Counted from the first letter of the stretch, positions 44,293 through 52,663 are shown. The stretch is 64,000 bases of DNA from a virus (IMGVR_UViG_2974695582_000001:46918-110917), one strand, 5' to 3'. The notes: generated from the sequence alone by a model not told the origin. Translations and numbers: made by a program.

Positions 44293-45303
44293 ATGAAGTA
44301 TAATCTCGTTCAGGTTGAGGATGGCGGAGAAGCGAACCTTACCGTCGTTCACGATGGAGAGATGTACGTCGCTACGGACAGTCACCCCAATTTTCAGCGA
44401 ATTGTTGCTGGTCTGGCTGTAGGAGATGAAAGTGTAGTCGAACTCTTTGATGTTCAGAAGACTGCACAGAGGCGATTCGACCGGCTTTCCGAGCGGGTTA
44501 CTGTCGCAAATGGCAAGGTGTACCTTGATGGTGAAGAGGCTGACAATGCTCTTACTCAGCAGGTTATTCACTTTGTAAATCAGGGTGTTGAGGATTTCAA
44601 GCCTCTTGTTGCCTTCTTTGAGAAGGTTGAGACTAACCCAAACAGTCACAGTCGAGAGCAGCTTTACACTTGGCTTCGTGACCGCAACATTACCCTTACT
44701 GAGGATGGTAACTTCATTGCTTACAAGGGTGTTCGTGTTGAGAACGATGAGTATTTCAGCATTTCTACCGGAAAGGCTATTTCGAATGGCGTAGAGTACA
44801 ATGGCGCAATTCCTAACCCTCTCGGTGCTATCGTTGAGATGCCTCGTTCTGAGGTTCAGCACAATCCTGCGGTTGGCTGTCACACTGGTCTGCACGCTGG
44901 TACGTGGGGTTACGCGTCCGGGTTTGCTCGTGGTGCTGTTCTGACCGTTGAGATTAATCCTCGCGACGTGGTTTCTGTTCCTACGGACTGTGATGCTGCT
45001 AAGTTGAGGGTCTGTCGATACATTGTCAAGGACGTTACTGAGACTGAGCTTGACGCAGCAGTCTACAGCACGTACCCTGACCTTGATGGTTACGACGACG
45101 AAGAGTATGACGACTACGGCTATGAGGACGACGACGAGCCGGATGTTGACACGGAAGAGACTCCTCAGGTACAGTCTGAGGAGAAGGAAGTAACCGAGTC
45201 AACTGGTGTCGTGACTGCTGATGTGTCTAGTGCAATTACCTGGCGTCCTGTAGAGTCCAACTGGGCTCCGGAGGACCCTGACGCACCTTGGAACCGAGTC
45301 TAA
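44293..45303 (+). CDS. hypothetical protein (putative rIIB-like partner), acidic C-terminus
   Basis: 336 aa. Acidic C-terminal region (DLDGYDDEEYDDYGYEDDDEPDVD), lying about 60 residues before the end. Adjacent to the GHKL gene. Confidence 0.3.
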   Translation: MKYNLVQVEDGGEANLTVVHDGEMYVATDSHPNFQRIVAGLAVGDESVVELFDVQKTAQRRFDRLSERVTVANGKVYLDGEEADNALTQQVIHFVNQGVEDFKPLVAFFEKVETNPNSHSREQLYTWLRDRNITLTEDGNFIAYKGVRVENDEYFSISTGKAISNGVEYNGAIPNPLGAIVEMPRSEVQHNPAVGCHTGLHAGTWGYASGFARGAVLTVEINPRDVVSVPTDCDAAKLRVCRYIVKDVTETELDAAVYSTYPDLDGYDDEEYDDYGYEDDDEPDVDTEETPQVQSEEKEVTESTGVVTADVSSAITWRPVESNWAPEDPDAPWNRV

Positions 45304-45345
45304 TCGGTTCGGCCCTTCGGGGCCAAGCTTTGAAAGGAGAATGTC

Positions 45346-45513
45346 ATGTTTGACCCTGAAGACTGGTTTCCTGAGGATGTTCTAGAGGAGCTTGAGGAAA
45401 GCGACACAAGCCTTGTTGACATTCTCCCTGAGGAACTGCTACAGTATCTGCAAGACGAAGATGATGACCGAAATCATTGGGACCGATACGACGAGATGCC
45501 TTGGAATGGGTGA
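45346..45513 (+). CDS. hypothetical small acidic protein
   Basis: 55 aa after AAAGGAGAA. Confidence 0.4.
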   Translation: MFDPEDWFPEDVLEELEESDTSLVDILPEELLQYLQDEDDDRNHWDRYDEMPWNG

Positions 45514-45518
45514 TATTA

Positions 45519-46298
45519 ATGTCTAAGATTATGATTCTTGGTGACGTTCATGGCGAGACTAAGTGGCTTGTCAACATGATTAACAAGGCAAAGCGGGCGG
45601 GTGTCAAGAAGATTGTTCAGGTTGGTGACTTCGGAATGTGGACTCACGAGGCTGAGGGTCACCGGTTCCTTGACCGCTCGAATGAGGAGCTTCGTAAGCA
45701 TGGAATTAAGCTCTATTTCGTTGGCGGTAACCATGAGAACTGGGACCACCTAAATTGGCATGAGAAGAATGGCGCAAAGGACTGGAATGGACATACGTTC
45801 ATTCGGTCTCACATCCTTTACACTGGTCGAGTTAATCGCTGGGTTTGGGGTGAGAAGGGTGAGGAGAAGGTTTTCCAGGCCGTTGGTGGCGCATGGTCAA
45901 TTGACCGTCGTCGGCGGGTTGTGGGAAAGACTCTTTGGCTTGATGAGACTATTCCAGACCAGGTTGTTTATGGACTGGAGAAGGCCAATCGTAAGTGTGA
46001 CTATCTGTTCACTCATGATGGTCCTACCTGTCTTCCCTATGCCAATCTGAAGCCTGACCCTGACTCTCATATCCATCGTCAGAAGATGGACCGAATTGGA
46101 CTTGCAACCCGGCCGAATCTGTGGTTTCATGGTCACTATCACAAGTGGATGGAGTACAGCTTTGAGCACACGCAGAGGAGCGATTTCGCCTTTGTGTATG
46201 GTCTTGACCGGGATTACCAGTTCTATTCTTATGTGATTCTGGACACAGTTTCCGATGATGTGGAGACTGCAACAGGTAAGGTTATTGAGCACAGTTAA
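45519..46298 (+). CDS. calcineurin-like metallophosphoesterase (Ser/Thr phosphatase fold)
   Basis: Motifs ILGDVHGE, VGDFG, GGNHE and HGHYH. Confidence 0.75.
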   Translation: MSKIMILGDVHGETKWLVNMINKAKRAGVKKIVQVGDFGMWTHEAEGHRFLDRSNEELRKHGIKLYFVGGNHENWDHLNWHEKNGAKDWNGHTFIRSHILYTGRVNRWVWGEKGEEKVFQAVGGAWSIDRRRRVVGKTLWLDETIPDQVVYGLEKANRKCDYLFTHDGPTCLPYANLKPDPDSHIHRQKMDRIGLATRPNLWFHGHYHKWMEYSFEHTQRSDFAFVYGLDRDYQFYSYVILDTVSDDVETATGKVIEHS

Positions 46299-46387
46299 GT
46301 CATTTGCCATTTGAAAGTATTTCCAATACAATAAAATGTATGGAGGTCAAAGCCTCCGACAGATTTTTGAGGAGGTGTACAATTCAA

Positions 46388-46825
46388 ATGGCAAATGAAG
46401 AGAAGAACGAGCCTCGTATCCTTTCTGATGACGAGCGTGCTGCTTCCCTAAAGGAGGCTGACGCAAAGGCTGCAAAGGCAGATTACAAGCCTGTTACTGC
46501 TCAGTCTGCTGTTGCGGTTCACGGACCACACGGTGTTGAGGAGGCTGCTGCTAAGCGTGCGAAGGATGCTGGGGTTACTGACCCTGCCTTCGTTAATTAC
46601 GCTGAGGCTCTGGAGAATTACCAGGCCCGTCCAGACGTTGAGCCACTAGATGAGCGTCGCGCTCGTGAGGGTGGACGTGATTTCCAGGCTGCTGCATTCC
46701 GTCGTGAAATCGGTGGAACTGACAATTCTGGAGTTACCACTTCTGAGGACGTTACTACTGGTGCGGCTGAGGATAACAAGGACAACAACAAGACTGTTGC
46801 TGCTCGTAAGCCTGCTTCCAAGTAA
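46388..46825 (+). CDS. hypothetical Ala/Lys-rich protein
   Basis: ATG after GAGGAGG. 145 aa. Confidence 0.45.
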   Translation: MANEEKNEPRILSDDERAASLKEADAKAAKADYKPVTAQSAVAVHGPHGVEEAAAKRAKDAGVTDPAFVNYAEALENYQARPDVEPLDERRAREGGRDFQAAAFRREIGGTDNSGVTTSEDVTTGAAEDNKDNNKTVAARKPASK

Positions 46826-46837
46826 GGTTAACGATTT

Positions 46838-46883
46838 TGCTAAAAACCCGGTGTTGACAAAACACCGGGTTTTTGCTTATACT
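46838..46883 (+). promoter_or_regulatory. terminator hairpin overlapping promoter TTGACA-N18-TATACT
   Basis: aaaaACCCGGTGTTgacaAAACACCGGGTttttg. -35 at 46854-46859. -10 at 46878-46883. tRNA-Lys(TTT) lies downstream. Confidence 0.55.
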
Positions 46884-46894
46884 AGGTAAACAAT

Positions 46895-46967
46895 GATTCG
46901 TTAGCTCAGTTGGCAGAGCGGGGAACTTTTAATTCCACGGTCCTCGGTTCGAGTCCGAGACGAATCA
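46895..46967 (+). tRNA. tRNA-Lys (anticodon TTT)
   Basis: Acceptor gattcgt/acgaatc. D tagctcagttggcagagc. Loop cttttaa. T-arm ctcgg-ttcgagt-ccgag. Confidence 0.6.
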
Positions 46968-47037
46968 CTATTGACACAGCAGTGTCAAGAATGTTAAGAT
47001 GTTTGTATAATGCAACTTAAGCGAAAGGTAAGGACTA

Positions 47038-47271
47038 ATGCCTAATCTCGATTACAAGGCAGCACACCGATTTGTTCGTGAGCAGCGTAGGGCTGGTAAT
47101 GATGTCAGGTGGGAGCAGTGGGACATGGTTTTCTGGAAGCCCACTCGTCATGGATTTACTAGCACTAATGGTGCTTTTCGGAATGGGCGTTGGGGCGTAG
47201 AGTCTCGAATTGCCGTCAATTCTGATGGAGTGTGGATGGTCCCTAAGAAGAATGTCAAGACTACTCGATGA
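47038..47271 (+). CDS. hypothetical protein
   Basis: 77-aa ORF. Confidence 0.45.
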   Translation: MPNLDYKAAHRFVREQRRAGNDVRWEQWDMVFWKPTRHGFTSTNGAFRNGRWGVESRIAVNSDGVWMVPKKNVKTTR

Positions 47272-47560
47272 ACTAGGTCTGGACCCTGAAGATTTTGAAT
47301 GGCAAGACTTGGCTCTGTGCTCTAATATGCCGACGAGTTTCTTTTATGACCAGTATGAGTCAGACCAAGAAACGGCAAGAGCTACAGACCAAGTCTGTCT
47401 TCATTGTCCAGTTCAGAAGCAGTGCTTTTTCGCAGGAGCCGAAGGAGAGCACGGTGTTTGGGGCGGGGTATACTGGAATGGCGCTGGTAAACCCGACAAG
47501 AACAGAAACTCACATAAGACTGAAGAAGTGTGGGAAGATATACGGAATAAGGTAGCATGA
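47252..47560 (+). CDS. WhiB-like (Wbl) Fe-S transcription factor
   Basis: C-x26-C-x2-C-x5-C (ALC...VCLHCPVQKQC) followed by a GVWGG turn. Actinobacteria/actinophage-specific family. Confidence 0.75.
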   Translation: MSRLLDELGLDPEDFEWQDLALCSNMPTSFFYDQYESDQETARATDQVCLHCPVQKQCFFAGAEGEHGVWGGVYWNGAGKPDKNRNSHKTEEVWEDIRNKVA

Positions 47561-47817
47561 GTCTATACACAAACAATGTAAGAAAGATTTTCAAGACCAT
47601 GCGAGCCCCGTATCCCAACTTTGTGGTTGACATTGTTGAATATCCTGACTACCTCTCTTTGAGAGTGTACAAGGACAATATCGAATCTTTCAGTGAGCCA
47701 CAGAAGGTGGCACTTGCTGAATATCTCTATCAAGTAAGAGATGCAATTAGGTCCGAATGTAAATGTCACATTGAAGGAGTCGAGAATGCGCCACCGTCTA
47801 GAGGAAGACAGGGATAA
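47557..47817 (+). CDS. hypothetical protein
   Basis: 86-aa ORF. Confidence 0.45.
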   Translation: MSLYTNNVRKIFKTMRAPYPNFVVDIVEYPDYLSLRVYKDNIESFSEPQKVALAEYLYQVRDAIRSECKCHIEGVENAPPSRGRQG

Positions 47818-47983
47818 CTATCCTCTGATTTACATCATTCAGGAGGGTGTTTGGGGGTTTCTCGTTCAAGAGAACGCCTTCTACTCTCAGGTGAAGTATA
47901 GCGTTGACGGATTTGAATATAATACCAGTTTGGACAATGATGAGTTCATCATTCCAAACCAGATTGGATACGAGAGAGGTTAA
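47786..47983 (+). CDS. hypothetical protein
   Basis: ATG after AAGGAG. 65 aa. Confidence 0.4.
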   Translation: MRHRLEEDRDNYPLIYIIQEGVWGFLVQENAFYSQVKYSVDGFEYNTSLDNDEFIIPNQIGYERG

Positions 47984-48222
47984 TGAGCCAAGCGGAATGC
48001 AGTTCTTGCGGGAAGCAGCACAATGACCTGAGAGCACATAAGTCGAAATTGCTAGTTGGTACTACGTTTCTTATGTGCCCTACCTGTCGCGCTGGGAAGA
48101 TGGAGCCTAGATTTGCCATCATCCTTGCTGGCAGGTCTCAGGGAGTGGATGTTGTTTCAGAGTATGTTAGGAATAGGCGATATTGTGGCGCTGATATCCT
48201 GGCTAAGGAACTAATGGTCTAA
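47983..48222 (+). CDS. hypothetical Cys-rich protein
   Basis: 79 aa. Contains CSSCG...CPTC. Confidence 0.45.
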   Translation: MSQAECSSCGKQHNDLRAHKSKLLVGTTFLMCPTCRAGKMEPRFAIILAGRSQGVDVVSEYVRNRRYCGADILAKELMV

Positions 48223-48261
48223 CAACTAAAAATGGGCGGGTTTGGAGACAAATCCCGCTGA

Positions 48262-48334
48262 CCCTGGTTAGTTTAATTGGTAAAACGGTCGATTTATAGT
48301 CGGCTATATACAGGTTCGAATCCTGTACTGGGGA
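48262..48334 (+). tRNA. tRNA-Ile (apparent anticodon TAT, AUA-reading)
   Basis: Acceptor ccctggt/actgggg. D tagtttaattggtaaaac. Anticodon stem gtcga/tcggc with loop tttatag. T-arm acagg-ttcgaat-cctgt. Confidence 0.45.
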
Positions 48335-48385
48335 CTTTCAAAAGGCAAATTGGACTTTTAAGTTCTACAGATATATACTTTAAAC

Positions 48386-48817
48386 ATGTCCAGACTAGTG
48401 AATCTAGCTAAGACTGCGGCTGAAAGACCAACGGAGACAATTGAGGGTATCATTGGTACTGCGGTTCTCTTGGTTGGTCTTTGGTTCGTAAGTCCATTTT
48501 ACAAGGCATCTACGTCCGTTTCGGCACAGGCTTGGGCAAGTGGAACTATTCCACAGTACATTGGTGCTGCTCAAGCAATTGTAGGTGCTTTGCTTCTTTA
48601 CGCACTGGTCAGAAAGAATTGGACAAGGAGGCAAGCGGTTCGTCGTCAGACAACGTTTGCCATTTTTGTTCTCTACCTCTTTTATGGATTCTCTTCTACA
48701 ATCATCCTAGGGATGGGGAGGGTGTCATGGATTGCCACATTCGCGCTTGCGCTAATTTCAGGTGTGGCACATCTGAGGTTGAAGTGGGAGGAGGGTGAAG
48801 CTAATGCCCGAAATTAG
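48386..48817 (+). CDS. hypothetical membrane protein (4 TM)
   Basis: 143 aa, hydrophobic. Confidence 0.45.
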   Translation: MSRLVNLAKTAAERPTETIEGIIGTAVLLVGLWFVSPFYKASTSVSAQAWASGTIPQYIGAAQAIVGALLLYALVRKNWTRRQAVRRQTTFAIFVLYLFYGFSSTIILGMGRVSWIATFALALISGVAHLRLKWEEGEANARN

Positions 48818-49106
48818 TCAGGCTTGGCTTGCCCTGCTAGGTGCTGTCATTGGTGGTTCGGGTCTTAAATTCGTTGAACATTGGCTAAGTCGCTCTAAGG
48901 TTAGAGAAGATGCCGCTCTACAAATGCGTACTGAACTTAGGGATGAAATTAAGGTCCTTCGTGAAGAATTGCGCACAGTAGAAGATGAGCTTGATAAGTG
49001 GCGAGGCAAGTATTACGAATTGATGGATGAGTTCATGAAGGCCAAGGGTGACCTAGCGGAAGCTTTGCGTAAAGCGCAGAGTAAAATCAATAATGAGGAT
49101 TCCTGA
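48795..49106 (+). CDS. membrane-anchored coiled-coil protein (holin/lysis-accessory-like)
   Basis: N-terminal TM helix plus a charged coiled coil. Confidence 0.4.
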   Translation: MKLMPEISQAWLALLGAVIGGSGLKFVEHWLSRSKVREDAALQMRTELRDEIKVLREELRTVEDELDKWRGKYYELMDEFMKAKGDLAEALRKAQSKINNEDS

Positions 49107-49176
49107 CCGGTACTCAATGCGAGCGGGGCGCAATATCCCCGCACCCTAAACGATTGTGTAGTACAATGGTTACGGA

Positions 49177-49467
49177 TTGGAGGTGTCGAATTTGGCATTT
49201 TTTGTTGTAAACTCATTTTACTACAATGAGGAAACTGGGAACATGTTTCTCTATCTGACTAAGCCAACAGAGGTTTCATACGAACACTCTGCTGAATATG
49301 CTGCTGAGGATATTTACGAAGCTCAGATTTTCCTAGATGGTGGAATTAGTCTTATTGGTAAGAACAGACCACCTTCTGAGGATGGTACGATTCCTGGTGG
49401 AATGTACGGTCGTACTGCTAACCCTTCCGGTACAGTCACGGCCCCTCTCGAAGAGGCTCCCGAGTAA
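49177..49467 (+). CDS. hypothetical protein
   Basis: 96-aa ORF. Confidence 0.4.
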   Translation: MEVSNLAFFVVNSFYYNEETGNMFLYLTKPTEVSYEHSAEYAAEDIYEAQIFLDGGISLIGKNRPPSEDGTIPGGMYGRTANPSGTVTAPLEEAPE

Positions 49468-49470
49468 GAC

Positions 49471-49500
49471 TTGACAGAGGCTTGACGCTTCTGGTAAGGT
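49471..49500 (+). promoter_or_regulatory. promoter TTGACA-N18-TAAGGT (tandem -35 boxes)
   Basis: Upstream of the tRNA-Glu pair. Confidence 0.4.
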
Positions 49501-49608
49501 ATTAAGTACAAGGTAAGGCAACCGCCCAAGAGTTGCCGACTGTGTTGGACTAAGGAACCAACATAGAGGGTGCGGCATCACTACTTTATCTACATGCATG
49601 GCACTCAT

Positions 49609-49684
49609 GCTCCGGTGGTCTAGTCTGGTCTAGGATACTTGACTCTCAATCAAGAGGGCACGGGTTCGAATCCCGTTCGGAGTA
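49609..49684 (+). tRNA. tRNA-Glu (anticodon CTC)
   Basis: Acceptor gctccgg/tcggagt. D gtctagtctggtctagga. Anticodon stem cttga/tcaag with loop ctctcaa. T-arm acggg-ttcgaat-cccgt. Confidence 0.55.
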
Positions 49685-49789
49685 CAAGCATTGACAATCG
49701 AGCGTACTAGCGCTAGTATTGAGAGAAACCGCAAGATTGTTAATGACTAGGTTGAGTAGCTACCATTACGAACGCTCAATAACCGACAT

Positions 49790-49864
49790 GCCCCGTTAGT
49801 CTAGTGGCCTAGGATTCCGGATTTTCACTCCGCGAGAACATCGGTTCGAATCCGATACGGGGTA
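49790..49864 (+). tRNA. tRNA-Glu (anticodon TTC)
   Basis: Acceptor gccccgt/acggggt. D gtctagtggcctagga. Loop ttttcac. T-arm atcgg-ttcgaat-ccgat. Confidence 0.55.
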
Positions 49865-49865
49865 C

Positions 49866-50054
49866 ATGGGTATTACAGGAAACACACCAAAGTATAAGCG
49901 TGGAGACAGAGTTTACTCAAAGACTTATGGCAGCAATGCTACGGTAGTCGCGGTAGACAACGACAACGCTGTACCGATTTACATTATCAGAATTGACGGC
50001 TCAAAGAAGGACAGCTACAATATTTACGAGCGTCAACTAGGTAATGCACGATAA
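49866..50054 (+). CDS. hypothetical small protein
   Basis: 62-aa ORF. Its start abuts the tRNA-Glu 3' end. Confidence 0.4.
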   Translation: MGITGNTPKYKRGDRVYSKTYGSNATVVAVDNDNAVPIYIIRIDGSKKDSYNIYERQLGNAR

Positions 50055-50258
50055 AATTATTGGGCTTCGGCCCAAGCTTTGTAAGTGGATGGAATGCGAT
50101 AGAGATAAAGGCCGTAAGTAACGTACGTATCTTCAGCGGTGGGGACTCTAACGATGCTGTTCTCCCGTCCCCAAGGGTCCAGATTGGCAGCGAAACTTAC
50201 AAATGTGAGGTTGCATCACGGCTTCGGGCCTCCAAAAATAATCATGAAACCGTGACCC

Positions 50259-50332
50259 TCCGTAGTAGTGAAATGGTATCACTTCTGCTTGCCAAGCAGA
50301 CAGCGCGAGTTCGATTCTCGTCTACGGGACCA
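50259..50332 (+). tRNA. tRNA-Gly (anticodon GCC), genomically encoded CCA
   Basis: Acceptor tccgtag/ctacggg. D gtga-aatggta-tcac. Anticodon stem tctgc/gcaga with loop ttgccaa. T-arm gcgag-ttcgatt-ctcgt. 3' ACCA. Confidence 0.6.
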
Positions 50333-50335
50333 TGA

Positions 50336-50378
50336 ACAGGCACACCGGGTAAAGCCGCACTGCCTGTCTTTTTTATCC
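50336..50378 (+). terminator. Rho-independent terminator
   Basis: ACAGGCAcaccgggtaaagccgcacTGCCTGTcttttttat. Confidence 0.55.
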
Positions 50379-50400
50379 ATAAACAAAGTTAGGATTAGCA

Positions 50401-50922
50401 ATGATTCAGATTGGTATTCGCGTCCGAGTTCTCGATAACTATTCTGGTGGTCTTGGAAATACGATTGGTCGTACTGGCAAGGTTCTTCGTGCTAGCTCGG
50501 AAGGTCTCTACCTCCTTGACATCAAGGGCAGTCGTAAGGCTTCCTGGGGTGACTACACCTACGAGCGAGACGTTATTGTGAAGGCTGACGAAATTGAGCC
50601 GGTCTCCTTCGACCTGAAGGATGCTCAGGGACGTAAGATTGAGCTTGGCGACAAGGTTGCTTACGGTCCTCTCGGTGGTGGTGTTACTATCGGTACTGTT
50701 GTTGATATCGATGAGCGCGAGGGGCGATACGGTTACAAGACTACGAAGTTCCGTCTTGAGACTAATGGTAAGGATTATTTCAACGATGGTGGTGACCGAA
50801 CGATTTCGGGCGGTCACCTTAAGACTTATCGTTGGTATGAGCACTCTGGACGATGTGTTATCATCGAAAAGAATCCGATTAATGCGGATGTGTTTGAACT
50901 GCGCTCGGTTCCTATGCCATGA
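50401..50922 (+). CDS. hypothetical protein (tandem KOW/SH3-like repeats)
   Basis: 173-aa ORF. Confidence 0.5.
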   Translation: MIQIGIRVRVLDNYSGGLGNTIGRTGKVLRASSEGLYLLDIKGSRKASWGDYTYERDVIVKADEIEPVSFDLKDAQGRKIELGDKVAYGPLGGGVTIGTVVDIDEREGRYGYKTTKFRLETNGKDYFNDGGDRTISGGHLKTYRWYEHSGRCVIIEKNPINADVFELRSVPMP

Positions 50923-51086
50923 AGAAGCCAAAGCCACTAGGAAAGGGAAACTACAGAGTTTGCCCTACTTGCGGAGGCCAAGGCGTTAAGGCTAATATGC
51001 GTAAGTATCCAAAGAGTCCAACAAATGATGCTGTCGTTTGGGAAGACTGCAAAACTTGCAAGACTGTTGGTTGGATTGAGGCTTGA
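50919..51086 (+). CDS. DnaJ-type zinc-finger mini-protein
   Basis: ATGA overlap. Contains CPTCGGQG...CKTCKTVG. Confidence 0.45.
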   Translation: MKKPKPLGKGNYRVCPTCGGQGVKANMRKYPKSPTNDAVVWEDCKTCKTVGWIEA

Positions 51087-51112
51087 CAGCCCTGGTCTGA
51101 CTGTGTTACAGT
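51084..51112 (+). promoter_or_regulatory. promoter TTGACA-N17-TACAGT driving a Y RNA plus tRNA-Gly
   Basis: -35 at 51084-51089. -10 at 51107-51112. The Y-RNA motif begins about 10 nt downstream. Confidence 0.45.
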
Positions 51113-51121
51113 AGATATATC

Positions 51122-51224
51122 GGGTCGGACGGATAGGGTTATCTAACAATCAATTGATGATGAGCCTTCGGGCAACCCTGCGGCGGGTATAGCCGCATCT
51201 CCCTTCCTCAACATATCCGATGTA
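51122..51224 (+). ncRNA. Y RNA-like ncRNA, locus 5
   Basis: atCGGGTCGGACGGATAGGGTTATCTAACAATCAATTGATGatgag resembles hY4 GGUCCGAUGGUAGUGGGUUAUC and hY1 ...AAUUGAUUG. Has an internal gcc-ttcg-ggc hairpin. 3' ACATATCCGATG pairs with the 5' TCGGA. Confidence 0.55.
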
Positions 51225-51227
51225 TTT

Positions 51228-51298
51228 GCGGGTGTAGTTTAATGGTAGAACAACAGACTTCCACTCTGTTAGCGGGGGTTCGATTCCCCCTACCCGCT
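51228..51298 (+). tRNA. tRNA-Gly (anticodon TCC)
   Basis: Acceptor gcgggtg/tacccgc. D tagtttaatggtagaac. Anticodon stem acaga/tctgt with loop cttccac. T-arm ggggg-ttcgatt-ccccc. Confidence 0.6.
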
Positions 51299-51310
51299 CG
51301 AAACGAATGT

Positions 51311-51345
51311 CCCCGCTGGTAAAAACTGGCGGGGCTTCGTTGTTT
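51311..51345 (+). terminator. Rho-independent terminator
   Basis: CCCCGCtggtaaaaactgGCGGGGcttcgttgtttc. Confidence 0.5.
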
Positions 51346-51363
51346 CTATGGTAAGATGGAGTC

Positions 51364-51561
51364 ATGGAAGAAATCGTATCCTACAGCTTTGCTGTAGACA
51401 TCTACAAGAATGATTCTGGAACCTTCACCTATGGTGTCTTCCAGGAGATTGAGTCAGATGAGGATGACGAGCTACAGTTGCTTGAGACTGGTGAAGCTGA
51501 TACACTTGCTGAAGCAGCCGAGATTGCTGGTCGTAGCATCAAGACATTGTTCGTCGTCTGA
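51364..51561 (+). CDS. hypothetical acidic protein
   Basis: 65-aa ORF. Confidence 0.4.
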   Translation: MEEIVSYSFAVDIYKNDSGTFTYGVFQEIESDEDDELQLLETGEADTLAEAAEIAGRSIKTLFVV

Positions 51562-51604
51562 ATTTTATGGCAAATTTTGACGAGGGTTCGTAAAGGGCCT
51601 TCTA

Positions 51605-51676
51605 TCCCCCTTAGTGTAATTGGCAGCACGACTGTCTTTGGAACAGTTAGTTCGAGTTCGAGTCTCGCCGGGGGAG
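51605..51676 (+). tRNA. tRNA-Gln (anticodon TTG)
   Basis: Acceptor tccccct/cggggga. D gtgt-aattggca-gcac. Anticodon stem actgt/acagt with loop ctttgga. T-loop ttcgagt. Confidence 0.5.
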
Positions 51677-51700
51677 CAACCATAACAAAAGGAGAAGTTA

Positions 51701-51937
51701 ATGGTTATCGCAGCAACTATCATTTGGATTATCGGAATGGTAATGGTTCTTGTCTTCGGATTTGCAGTTGCCCTTACTGGGGAACTTCATGAAGAGGAAC
51801 CTCTTGATGGGCTTTTCAAGAGTTGGGGCGGAACGAGGTTTTACAGTCTGTACTTCCTTATCCTGATTCTTTGTCTGCCCATTTGGCCACTCATCCTGGT
51901 TTCTATCTGGATTGTTGCCCTGGTTAGGGGATGGTAA
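51701..51937 (+). CDS. hypothetical membrane protein
   Basis: 78 aa with 2-3 TM helices. Confidence 0.45.
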   Translation: MVIAATIIWIIGMVMVLVFGFAVALTGELHEEEPLDGLFKSWGGTRFYSLYFLILILCLPIWPLILVSIWIVALVRGW

Positions 51938-51938
51938 G

Positions 51939-52154
51939 ATGATTTTCCTGTGGATTTATCTGGCCGGGTTGACGTTCTGCTTGCTCGGTGGTACAGTTAC
52001 TGCATTCATTGAGAAGCGTAGGTTCAAGGAAGACAGGGTTTCTGCTACCGCATGGGCTTCAATTGCTCTTTATTCTATCTGGTGGCCGTTCATTGTCGTT
52101 CTTAATATTATCTGTCTTCCATTCGAATTCTTCGACAGAAGGAATGGTCGATAA
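51939..52154 (+). CDS. hypothetical membrane protein
   Basis: ATG after AGGGGATGG. 71 aa with two TM helices. Confidence 0.4.
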   Translation: MIFLWIYLAGLTFCLLGGTVTAFIEKRRFKEDRVSATAWASIALYSIWWPFIVVLNIICLPFEFFDRRNGR

Positions 52155-52204
52155 GATTTCGGGGAGTTTACTCCCCAAGCTTCCATTACAAAAAGGAGAA
52201 GATA

Positions 52205-52663
52205 ATGGATATTCTGTTCTGGATTTGGGTAGTACCGGCAGGATTTTTCACCGCTCTGTTCTTGCTGATTGTACTATTCGCATCACTGATTAACATTCAG
52301 ACAGGAGCGGTGGTTGGTGGACTTGCAATTGGTGTTTTCGGTCCGCCTGTTGCTGTAGTTCTTGGCGCTCTTTGGCCAGTTACTTGGCCTCTCTTCTCTC
52401 TGTTTGGTCGTCTCGATGACAAGCGAACTGAGAAGAGGAATGCTGAATATGAGAAGCGTCTTTCTGAAGGGGAGGGTTATGGTAAGCTGATGAAGATTAC
52501 TGAAGTTTACTCTCACCTTGAGGACAAGGGTTATCTCGGTTCGGTGGTCAAGGTTATTCAGTGGAATGACCCCGCCAAGGAAAAGGCTTACGTCGAGTTT
52601 GTTGACCAGAGCATTCGTTCTGGCCGATTCTATTGGTCGCATGACATGATGGAAGAGGTCTGA
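52205..52663 (+). CDS. hypothetical membrane protein
   Basis: 152 aa. N-terminal TM helices plus a soluble C-terminus. Confidence 0.45.
   Translation: MDILFWIWVVPAGFFTALFLLIVLFASLINIQTGAVVGGLAIGVFGPPVAVVLGALWPVTWPLFSLFGRLDDKRTEKRNAEYEKRLSEGEGYGKLMKITEVYSHLEDKGYLGSVVKVIQWNDPAKEKAYVEFVDQSIRSGRFYWSHDMMEEV

Noticed and set aside
43966-44895. 309-aa minus-strand ORF, and other minus-strand ORFs over 100 aa (4398-4958, 5145-5639, 1099-1800, 11331-11882, 16196-16720, 42187-42840, 59797-60396)
   Set aside because: All are antisense to + strand genes with recognisable domains and motifs. There is no operon logic on the minus strand.
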